Below, one piece after another: positions 34,753 through 46,700 of a stretch of 64,000 nucleotides of DNA. The stretch covers positions 7,998,001 through 8,062,000 of the forward strand of contig OZ004612.1 of NCBI GenBank assembly GCA_963924565.1. Direction: 5' to 3'. The translations under genes and the position numbers were made by a program. Source of the stretch: Ascidiella aspersa. Its lineage: Eukaryota. The notes below the pieces were generated by a model. The model had not been told where the DNA came from and made no database searches. It was given only the letters and a program-made list of their open reading frames with translations. How positions within the stretch are numbered: position 1 is the stretch's first letter; every line of letters begins with the position of its first letter.

Positions 34753-37700
34753 ATGAAATTTGTTATTGGCTTTGTGGCAGTGCTTTGTTTATCATCATTT
34801 TGCGAAGTTACAGGTTAGTAAACATAGAATAAGATGTATTATTGAAATAAAGAGGTCTTAAGCGATACCCTTACAACGCATTGTATTTTCGATACAATCA
34901 AAGAGTAATTATGCTAGATTAGGAATTGTATATTTTGTTACAGAAAATGTTTCTAAACAAAAAAAAAGTTATTTGTTAAATATGCCATTTTTTATTCTTA
35001 TTTAGTCGATTTTTTTTCTGACATTTTTTTAAGAGACTATAGACTGCCAAATGAGCGTGCACTGTGCAGCCAATATTAAATAAAAGGGTTAATCGATTAT
35101 TCCCTATAATTTAAACAGATGGTACTGATCATGTTGACAATTAATTTACCAACCACCAAATTACACCTATGCCCTAAATGTGAAATATCTATACAGCATG
35201 CAACACTACATTGTTCAATGTTGGGACCACGATTTACACCTTATCCAATACACTCGTGGACGCGAACACGGCAAATAATGAATGTAAGTCGTTGGGCGGA
35301 CAACTTGCTGTTGTCAAAGATGCAGCTGTGATGAACAAGTTCTACCAGGAGATATTACACAAATACAATCAGCCAGGTAAGATTCACTAGCACATTTTCC
35401 CTGAAAAATGATGACTCATACCTGATAATGACTCATTACTCATGCTGTTGCGGCGTAAAATCTTAGTGCAGCGACTGCTAACCAAATACCTAAGTTAGGC
35501 TATAACAGGGCCACAAGAAGAAGAATGGTATCATAAAGAAAACTATAAATTATTTAATCACGTAACTTCCCAACCAGCAATCAAATGTTACTCCTATATG
35601 TTTTAATAGTTGTTCTAATTACAGCACCTATATGATTAATACGAAGTAAGGTATCTCGTGTGGCAATATTTAATTTATAGTTTTAACTATATGTCCTACA
35701 ACGTCTAACTTGACCGTTTTTTTTTAGTTTTTACCGTTTAACGAAAATAAGTCAATAAAGCTCTACGAAAAATGTTGTATCCGGATCGAAAATTTGGTGA
35801 CACCTAGTTTACAGAACGGTAAACAATAGCGGTTATAGCTACTGGAGTGAACAATAGGCCAATGTAAATACACATTTTGGTGTTCTTCAACAATGAACTT
35901 ACAAATGTTTAAATGGCTAGAAAATTAAAATTTAGGGAAATTATTTTGGCATTTTTCTGACCGCCGACCATCCAATGGCTTTCATTATTTTGCTACCAAC
36001 CATCCTGTAGAGAAAACATATTTTACTTAATTTTGTCACCCGATTCGATTTGTTTTCAACGCTTGTAGCGTTCGTATTAGGATAATTCGGGGCTTTGAAG
36101 CGTCTGTGTTAGAACATGTGTTAGAAATTAGACGCTTTAAGCGGACCGTATAAGAACAGGAAACAGGCGAACAGCGAATACGCAGACTAATCATGCATAA
36201 CGAAACGTTGCCAAGCGATGCAGACTATAGATTTTTTGTCTTGTACAGTTTTGGATATTAGAAATGCAGAAAAGTTTATAGCTGTACCAAGTTAATGCGA
36301 TGTTTGTAATTTTACCCAGTAAATAGAAGGTTAAAAGCTTTTATTGTTGCTAAAGCCTACCTTATTAGCGAACATTATTTGGTTTAGGGTGCGGGTTTGT
36401 GTATAAGTTAAGCAATACTAATTAATAATAATACTTGAACCACCCTTACCCCAGCCTGGAAAGTATAACAGAACACGCGGGTGCACTGCCGAAAAAAATC
36501 GCGTGACTAGGTGCAACAAAGTTAAAAAAGGGCGCTGGTCTAGAATCCTACCACATTTTAAATCAACGCACAATATTAGGGTTAGGGATGGCGAGAGTTA
36601 GTGTTTGGGTGTGGGTGGGTCAAGTATTCTTATGTTTATTTTTAACCCTAACCAAAATAATATGCGTTGTGGTAGGAATTTAGACCAGCACGAAAAAAGT
36701 GCATCTCTGGTCTGCTTTCAAATTTTCAGACTTCCATGTTATGATTTTCTCAGGCACTCTGTATTGCATACATTGCACTGTAAACATAATAGGGTGCACA
36801 AACGTTTTACATGTTTAGGGTGCAGTTTAGATTTTTTTCTCGGTGCACTTGCCATACTTTCCACAGTGGCCCCCACCCAAACAGTCCAGCGCCAATACTT
36901 TTATTGTTGCTAAAGCTAATAATGCTGTTTCTGGCTATTGACTTTCATTCCGAAGTTTTAGTAGTTAAAAGACAATGTTATTTACAATGCTAGAAAATAT
37001 TAGTTGTAGATAATTTACTTCATTATAATAAACTTAGTTAGCAAATAGAGGAATCAGGTGGCACTGTATAAAGACAAATTGTATTTGATTCTCGACAAGC
37101 TTTTGCACAACCGTGCTTCATCAGGTCAAATTGATTCTCGACAAGCTTTCGCACAACCGTGCTTTATCAGGTCAAAATGATATACAATTTGTCTTTATAC
37201 AGTGCCACCTGATTCCTCTATTTAGAATTAGACAAATACGGCCATATACAAAGATTAGTTAGCAAAATATATGCCAAGGAATATTAAATTAGATAAGAAG
37301 ACCTTTGTTTTGCAACTCATTTTCTAAAATTTGGTCACCATTATAATGTAAAGTAAGTCCTAGGTAGTATACATGTTTTAAATATTATAAATTGAAGCCA
37401 ATATTTTGGTGTTAAATTTAACTGTAACAATTGGCTATTGTTATGGTGCATATTGCATCTAGTTTGCATTCTGTGGCAGATGCATACCAAATATTTTTAA
37501 AGCAATTTGTCTGTACACCTCAATAACTAAATTGCACACTTCAGAAAAGGTTGTGTTGCAGTAGGATTTCAAACTTCAGTTATGCCAAAATATGTCTGCA
37601 CATCTGGAAAGTTGGTGATGTACGTCAGATATCTGTGCATCGCACATTCTTTGAATCACATTTTAGTGTAAATTTCAAATTTGTGGCATAAAAATCTTAA

Positions 37701-40700
37701 GGTCCGAAAATATGTTACTTCCTTCTGTTCATGGTGGTCTGAAGGCATACAACCAAACTAATAAAAACTCATGAATATTATTAGCTGTAAAAGTGTTGTA
37801 GTGATCTCAAGTTGACAAAAAATAGCTGCTGCATAAGGTTGCGAAGTTATAGCGAATAGTGCCCAATAAATTTAAATTTCATGTTTCACTACCTTAATTG
37901 ACCTTACTTTTTAACATTTTTGCATTCTTAACTTTTTCCATTAAGGTCATATACAAGTCATGATTTTTAATAAAATTTTGAACTTAAGTTGTTTATTATC
38001 TATAAGCTGCTTTAAGTTTAATATTACAGAATGTAATTAAATATTATCATGCCTGGCCAAATTAATTTATATTTTGTTTTTCATTATTAAAAATGTTTTT
38101 ATTTCCTGAAATAGCATTTTATATAATTCCTAGATGTAATATTTCAGTCAACCCCCAAAATTAAGGACTTTGTAAGGTGAAAGTGCAAGTAAAAAGATGT
38201 CTCTGAAAGTGTTATGTAACCTTTAAATCATTGGAAAAGCTCTCTGCATCAAGTCTACACCCATTTGACAAAGAAACAGCTTCAGTTTCCATCCCAACTA
38301 ACAAACCTTTGTGCATGGAAGTTAGAGAAAAGGTAATTTCCATTCTGTGTGTTGTACATTCCAAAACATTAATGTTTACCAACACTTCCCAACCTGTGGC
38401 CGATGGTTTCCAGGTACCAAACTCGAAAATGTTTTCATAATAATCTTTTATAACAGCGTGGCTAATTTAGTCCACAGTTATTGAAATATGTAACCAATAT
38501 ACAAGGCCTATTTAATAAAAACATGCAAGTAGTTCAGGAGAAATATATGTATATCTAACATATTTAGTATTGTCTAGTGTCGACAAGGGAGTCCAATCAT
38601 CTAACAAGGAGAAACAACTAGCGATGAACTCGTGGCGCCTATGTGCAAAAAATCATACAGTGATGAAGAAAAGGACAAACAATTAAATGTGTAATTATTC
38701 TATACCGGTGGTTACTGTATATTTACCCCCCATCATTTCACACAATCGTTCGTGTTTGGCGCTTAAAACTCCACATGGTAAAATAAACAGATTTGGAAAA
38801 TCATAAATGGCCCATTGATTTGAGTTATAGTTCCTAACAGGCCGTTTAAAATACCCGGAATGCGATAGTTTATTGAACGATTTTATGGACTACGTATGCT
38901 ACATTTATTACGCACCACATTGTGAAATTTTGGAAAAACATATAAATAGTTTCCTGCTTTAGTACATTCTGATTATGTTTTTGTGCCTTGTTTTTAGCTA
39001 TTAGTGCTTTGAATGTGAGTTTAATAAAACAAAAAACAACGGTTATGTGTTCCAGTGTTGGTTGACTCCAAATACTAAGTCCACTTACAAATAACAGTAT
39101 TTTTGTTAGCTGAATTTTACGCATTTTGCGTTTCGCCCTTAGTATCAAAAAAGAGGCCGAACAGTGTATTAAAATAAATAATTTTATTAATTACTACATT
39201 AAAATTATGTCCGTGTTGGGTCGTTCCTTGTTCTACAATTGACGATTAAAAATCAAGCAATATATCCACCGCACAACGCAGTAAATCAAAACGTGAATTG
39301 AGCACACATTTTTGTAGTGGTTTATCGTGATATTTATTGATTCGACCTATATTTGCCCCTATGATTTCGTTGTATCTGGTAGGACTCCAAAGGTCCAGCC
39401 ACAAGATCGAAATATATATTTCGGAATAAAACAAAAATCGCACTAGGACTTAATAATCGTAATAACGTATAAACGGAATATGTCCTAAATACGTCGGAAT
39501 AAGACTTAGCCTAAAATCGATGCCAAAACAGCGGAGCCTTAACAGCGCTGTTCCATCTAGGGTGCCCAAGCGTCGATCCCAAAACAGCCGACGGCCCCTG
39601 ATCGTCCCATACCCTCTCCCTACAGTTTCAGACGTTATTTTGGCCATCAAACGCCCTGTTTTAATGAATTTAGGACTTTCCGGCGGGTATGTGTCTTATT
39701 CAGGCGATTTAGATCTTATTCTGTCGTGGGAATTAGGCCTACTGCGTATTTGGCTTTATTATGTCGTTGGTCTTCTAACTATGGTATTATAGATTTTTGT
39801 GCTTAATGTATTTTTGATTTATAGTAATTATTGTATGTTCCCATCTGATTCCTATAAATCTTTCTTAAATGGTGCCAAGGTGTAATGACTGCTAGCGATG
39901 GATACAATCGTGTTTATACTTTTAATAGCTTACGTTACAACATGTTGGTCACCTCGGACAAACTTCCGACGTCAACCTGGTTATAAAATGGCCATATTTC
40001 TGAAAAAATCCATCTCTTTAGGTTTTAATACTGTTAGCACTGCTGTTTTGAGGCATTGTTTTAACTACGTGTGACGAAACGAAACTAAACAATTATGGTT
40101 TGTTCAATGAGAACATATTTTTGCCTTGCGTCTAAAAGTTCCTCACAATATTTGTCAAAAGTTAAAAAGCTTAGTATTAATGCACATTTCAACATACTAA
40201 ACCATGCCTATTAACGATTTTTATCCTGGCAGCTGCACAGCCGACAATTGTCTGCGAGAGCCTGTGGCTGTTTTAATTCTCATAAACACGTCTTGATTAT
40301 ACCAGTACCCAAAGTGTACTTCGGTTAAAAATGAGTAACTTTTACAATTGTAGAAAATATAAACACAATGATTCTTGTGCGAAAACTGTTTGTTTACATT
40401 TCGTACCTTGTCCGTAATTTTAATTTTGCGCTGACTGTTGCAAAGCTAACTTTCCCACGGTTGAACCTTTTAAATGCCTTTGATCCGAGCTAAGTACAGA
40501 AAAGTTTTTCAAGTTGGAAAATTAAAACTAACACATTTGTGGGAGAAATATAAACTGAGATGTTTGGTAAAACAACAGTTCGTTCAACTCTTTTCGTTTG
40601 GCAGTAATTTGACTGCGCGTTAAAGTTCGCAAAGCTGACTTTTCGCAAAGGGTCGTGCCTTATAAATGCTTATGAAGCGCGCTTAGTACAGAAGCATTTT

Positions 40701-43700
40701 TCAAGTTGGAAAATTAAAAATTACACATTTGTAAAAGACGTCTAAACTGAGATGTTTCGTAAAACAACTGTTCGTTCAACTCTTTTCGTTTGACAGTAAT
40801 TTGACTTCGCGTTAAAGTTTGCTAGGCTGACTTTTCGCACAGGGTTGTGCGTTATAAATGCTTATGAAGCGCGCTTAGTACAGAAGCATTTTTCAAGTTG
40901 GAAAATTAAAAATTACACAATTGTAAAAGACGTCTAAACTGAGATGTTTCGTAAAACAACTGTTCGTTCAACTCTTTTCGTTTGGAAGAAATTTGATTGC
41001 GCGTTGAAGGTCACAAAGCTGACTTTTCGCACATAGTAGTGCATTATAAATGCTTATGATGCGCGCTTAGTACAGGAGAATTTTTCAAGTTGGAATATCA
41101 AAACTTACACATTTGTGGGAGACATATCAAATGAGATGTTTCGTAAAACAACTGTTCGTTCAACTCTTTTCGTTTGGCAGTAATTTGATTGCGCGTTGAA
41201 GGTCGCAAAGCTGACTTTTCGCACATAGTAGTGCGTTACAAATGCTTATGAAGCGCGCTTAGTACAGAAGCATTTTTCAAGTTGGAAAATTAAAAATTAC
41301 ACATTTGTAAAAGACGTATAAACTGAGATGTTTCGTAAAACAACTGTTCGTTTAACTCTTTTCGTTTGGCAGTAATTTGATTGCGCGTTGAAAGAGTACA
41401 CTTTGGGTACTGGTATACTCAAGACGTGTACATGAGAATTAAAACAGCCACAGGCTCTCGCAGACAATTGTCGGCTGTGCAGCTGCCAGGATGAAAATAT
41501 TTAACAGGCATGGTTTAGTATGTTGAAATGTGCATTAATACTAAGCTTTTTACCTTTTGACAAATCTTGTGAACAACAATATTTTTAGACGCAAGTCAAA
41601 AATATGTTCTCATTGAACAAACCATAATTGTTTCGTTTCGTTTCGTCACACTTAGTTAAAACAATGCCTCAATACAGCAGTGCTAACAGTATTAAAACCT
41701 TAAAAGATGGATTTTTTTCAGAAATATGGCCATTTTATAACCAGGTTGACGTCGGAAGTTTGTCCGAGGTGACCAACATGTTGTAACGTAAGCTATTAAG
41801 AGTATAAACACGATTGTATCCATCGCTAACAGTCATTACACCTTGGCACTATTTAAGACAGTTTTACAGGAATCAGATTGGAACATACAATAATAACTAC
41901 AAAGCAAAACCAACGACATAATAAAGCCAAATACCCACGACAGAATAAGATCTAAACCGCCTGAATAAGACACATACCCGCCGGAAAGTCCTAAATTCAT
42001 CGAAACAGGGCGTTTGAAGGCCAAAATAACGTCTGAAACTGGAAGGAGAGGGTATGGGACGATCAGGGCCATCGGCTGTTTTGGTATCGACGCTTGGGCA
42101 CCCTAGATGGAACAGCGCCGTTAAGGATCCGCTGTTTTAGCATCGATTTTAGGCCCTGTTTAGGGTTAGAAAATTGTTTTCAGAGTTGAAATTATTAGAA
42201 GGGTTTGTGATGTACCTACAGGCGGGGTTAGATGAAATTTTGTATAGGCTTGGTTCTTTCATGCAAGTTAAGTCTTATTCCGGACATATTCCGTTGATAC
42301 GTATAGGACATATTGCGTTTATACGTTATTATTACGAGTATTAGGTCCTAGTCCGATTTTTGTTTTTTTCCGAAATATATATTTCGATCTTGTGGCTGGA
42401 CCATTGGAGTCCTACCAGATACAACGAAGTCATAGGGGCAAATATAGGTCGAATCAATAAATATCACGATAAACCACTACAAAAATGTGTGCTCAATTCA
42501 CGTTTTGATTTACTGCGTTGTGCGGTGGATATATTGCTTGATTTTTAATCGTCAATTGTAGAACAAGGAACGACCCAACACGGACATAATTTTAATGTAG
42601 TAATTAATAAAATTATTTATTTTAATACACTGTTCGGCCTCTTTTTTTAATAAGGACGCAACGCAAAATGCGTAAAAATCAGCTAACAAAAATACTGTTT
42701 GTAAGTGGACTTAGTTTTTGGAGTCAACCAACACTGAAACACATAACCGTTGTTTTTTATTTTTATTAAACTCACATTTAAAGCACTAATAGCTAAAAAC
42801 AAGGCTCAAAAACATAATCAGAATGTACTAAAGCAGGAAACTATTTATATGTTTTTCCAAAATTGCACAATGTGGTGCGTAATAAATGTACCATACGTAG
42901 TCCATAAAATCGTTCAATAAACTATCGCGTTCCGGGTATTTTAAACAGCCTGTTAGGAACTATAACTCAAATCAATGGGCCATTTATGATTTTCCAAATC
43001 TGTTTATTTTACCATGTGGAGTTTTAAGCGCCAAACACGAACGATTGTGTGAAATGATGGGGGGTAAATATACAGTAACCACCGGTATAGAATAATTACA
43101 CATTTAATTGTTTGTCCTTTTCTTCATCACTGTATGATTTTTTGCACATAGGTGCCAAGAGTTCATCGATAGTTGTTTCTCCTTGTTAGATGATTGGACT
43201 CCCTTGTCGACACTAGACAATACTAAATATGTTAGATATACATATATTTCTCCTGAACTACTTTGCATGTTTTTATTAAATAGGCCTTGTATATTGGTTA
43301 CATATTTCAATAACTGTGGACTAAATTAGCCACGCTGTTATAAAAGATTATTATAAAAACATTTTCGAGTTTGGTACCTGGAAACCATCGGCCACAGGTT
43401 GGGAAGTGCTGGTAAACATTGATGTTTTGGAATGTACAACACACAAAATGGAAATTACCTTTTCTCTAACTTCCGTGCACAAAGGTTTGTTAGTGGGGAT
43501 GGAAACTGAAGCTGTTTCTTTGTCAAATGCGTGTAGACTTGATGCAGAGAGCTTTTCCAATAATTTAAAGGTTACTTAACACTTTCAGAGACATCTTTTT
43601 ACTTGCACTTTCACCTTACAAAGTCCTTAATTTTGGGGGTTGACTGAAATATTACATCTAGGAATTATATAAAATGCTATTTCAGGAAATAAAAACATTT

Positions 43701-46700
43701 TTAATAATGAAAAACAAAAATATAAATTAATTTGGCCAGGCATGATAATATTTAATTACATTCTGTAATATTAAACTTAAAGCAGCTTATAGATAATAAA
43801 CAACTTAAGTTCAAAATTTTATTAAAAATCATGACTTGTATATGACCTTAATGGAAAAATTAAGAATGCAAAAATGTTAAAAACTAAGGTCAATTAAGGT
43901 AGTGACACATGAAATTAAAATTTATCGGGCACTATTTCCTACAACTTCGCAACCTTATGCAGCAGAGCCTATTTTTTATCAACTTGAGATCACTACAACA
44001 CTTTTTCAACTAATAATATTCATGATTTTTTATTAGTTTGGTTGTATGCCTTCAGACCACCATGAACAGAAGGAAGTAACATATTTTCGGACCTTAAGAT
44101 TTATATGCCACAAATTTAAAATTTACACTAAAATATGGTTCAAAGAATGTACCATGGACAAATATCTGACGTACATCACCAAATTTCCAGATGTGCAGAC
44201 ATATTTCGACATAACTGAAGTTTGAAATCCTACTGCAACCCAACCTTTTCTGAAGTGTGCAATTTATTTATTGAGGTGTGCACACAAATTGCTTTAAAAA
44301 TATTTGGTATGCATCTGCCACAGAATGCAAACTAGATGCAATATGCACCATAAAATTAGCCAATTGTTAAAGTTAAATTTAACACCAAAATATTGGCTTC
44401 AATTTATAATATTTGAAACATGTATACTACCTAGGACTTACTTTACATTATAATGGTGACCAAATTTTAGAAAATAAGTTGCAAAACAAAGGTCTTCTTA
44501 TCTAATTTAATATTCCTTGGCATATATTTTGCTAACTAATCTTTGTATATGGCCGTATTTGTCTAATTCTAAATAGAGGAATCAGGTGGCACTGTATAAA
44601 GACAAATTGTATATCATTTTGACCTGATAAAGCACGGTTGTGCGAAGGCTTGTCGAGAATCAATTAGATCTGATGAAGCACAGTTGTGCGAAAGCTTGTC
44701 GAGAATCAAATACAATTTGTCTTTATACAGTGCCACCTGATTCCTCTATTTGCTAACTAAGTTTATTATAATGAAGTAAATTATCTACAACTAATATTTT
44801 CTAGCATTGTAAATAACATTGTCTTTTAACTAATAAAACTTCGGAATGAAAGTCAATAGCCAGAAACAGCATTATTAGCTGTAGCAATAATAAAAGTATT
44901 GGCGCTGGACTGTTTGGGTGGGGGCCACTGTGGAAAGTATGGCAAGTGCACCGAGAAAAAAATCTAAACTGCACCCTAAACATGTAAAACGTTCGTGCAC
45001 CCTATTATGTTTACAGTGCAATGTATGCAATACAGAGTGCCTGAGAAAATCATAACGTGGAAGTCTGAAAATTTGAAAGCAGACCAGAGATGCACTTTTT
45101 TCGTGCTGGTCTAAATTCCTACCACAACGCACATTATTTTGGTTAGGGTTAAAAATAAATATAAAAATACTTGACCCACCCACACCCCAGATTGGAAACT
45201 TTGGATATTGCGCGGGGGAGATGTTTTGCAGCTGAAAAAATGCGCGGCTGAAAATAAACCACCAGGCTACCGAACGTTGTAAGTTGCGACATTATAATAA
45301 ACTTACAGGTTTACAGCGTTCATAGAATACTTGAAGCACTGAGCAATTTTTGTTTGGTATGCGGGCGCAGCTAAATATTTAAAAAGTTTGACAGTTTAGC
45401 ATTTAATATGCAATATTACTCGTTATTGCCTAATTTGACGTCACTATTCACGTGACCGTTGTCCACTGATGCGTGACCAAAACGCAGAACTGTGCGTTTT
45501 CAGAGTTTCGCAGGGGATTTTATAGGATGCATTATATTATATAGGTCTTATAAACTAGCGTTAAAAAATGTTGTGCAACTTCAGTATGCGGCCCGCCAAT
45601 TTTTTTTGTGCTTGTTGTGTCCCTTGTACCATTTTAGTTGTGCAGGTCTGATTTAAGGTGACACTTTTTCGGTCGTTAATATACTATAGTCGTACACGAG
45701 TGATGAGTGAATAAATGTGACGTCAGTTTTACAGGAGCCATACTAACGTTTCTATTATGTTAATATACTTCTCGTAAATAGTAAAGGTTGTTAAAGTCCA
45801 TATTTATATTTTAGCAGTATTACTCATTTTTAGGTCATTTAGTTTCATACAGAAGTTTGCGCGGCTGAAGTTTTGCGCGTTTGCTCGAGTCAGATTTGCG
45901 CGGCTGAATACATTTTCTATAAAATGCGCGGCTGTGACCGCGGCTGAAGGTGCTACGGCCAAACTTTCCAACCTGGCCCACATCCAAACACTAACTCTCG
46001 CCGCCCCTAACCCTAATGTTGTTCGTTGATTTAAAATGTGGTAGGATTCTAGACCAGCGCCCTTTTTTAACTTTGTTGCACCTAGTCACGCGATTTTTTT
46101 CGGCAGTGCACCCGCGTGTTCTGTTATACTTTCCAGGCTGGGGTAAGGGTGGTTCAAGTATTATTATTAATTAGTATTGCATCGCTTGGCAACGTTTCGT
46201 TATGCATGATTACTCTGCGCATTCGCAGTTCGCCTGTTTCCTGTTCTTATACGGTCCGCTTAAAGCGTCTAATTTCTAACACATGTTCTAACACAGACGC
46301 TTCAAAGCCCCGAATTATCCTAATACGAACGCTACAAGCGTTGAAAACAAATCGAATCGGGTGATTTTGTTCATGCCTATCGAAACCTAAAACTGGATCA
46401 AAAATGACATATTTAGACCTGAAAACTGCAAAACAAGTAATCCTGCTGATATAGGGCCTGGTCATAGAGAAACCTATACCAATTAAGATATTTTTTTCAT
46501 TAAGATCTACAAAGAGTTTACATCTTCTACGATCATCTTCCTGATCGGAGCACACCTCCCCAACAGAGAATAGTTTACAAATTCTCGAAGGATCCAGCGA
46601 TAACTGGCAATTGGAAGAGTACAAAGGAACTTGGGCAACTTTGGTATTTAGACCTGTACAAAACGTAAGTTTAACCTAATTTAAACGAGAGCTGCGGAGT

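Larger units (their letters stand above)
36037..46363. mobile_element. 10.3-kb foldback (very long TIR) non-autonomous DNA element in intron 2 of copy B
   Basis: Starts cacccgattcgatttg, ends caaatcgaatcgggtg; 7-bp duplication attttgt (36030-36036, 46364-46370). Arms 36037-40320 and 41395-46363 are inverted copies. Empty site in copy C at ~60700-60715. Confidence 0.9.

Noticed and set aside
35119-35331. 70-aa ORF (and its mirror 61370-61672) as a separate gene
   Set aside because: Alternative-frame overlap of receptor exon 2.
36037-36075. RAG/Transib-type RSS-like terminus
   Set aside because: Starts with CAC but continues CCG rather than a CACAGTG-like heptamer; no nonamer; with CAC ends the TSD is 7 bp rather than 5; no RAG-like ORF.
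36570-36660. Interstitial telomere (ttaggg motifs)
   Set aside because: Only two or three hexamers, in opposite orientations, inside a repeat element.
40425-41394. CRISPR-like array
   Set aside because: Head-to-tail 192-bp units with no unique spacers, no cas genes, eukaryotic context.
36605-45183. Mirrored ORF pairs in the track (e.g. 36605-36913 / 44875-45183, 39246-39443 / 42360-42548) as duplicated genes
   Set aside because: They recur only because the palindrome arms are copies; short and without domains.
36037-46363. Assembly or amplification fold-back artefact
   Set aside because: Arms differ by many substitutions and arm-specific insertions, and the whole is bounded by a TSD with an empty paralogous site. 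Long reads would still be the final check.
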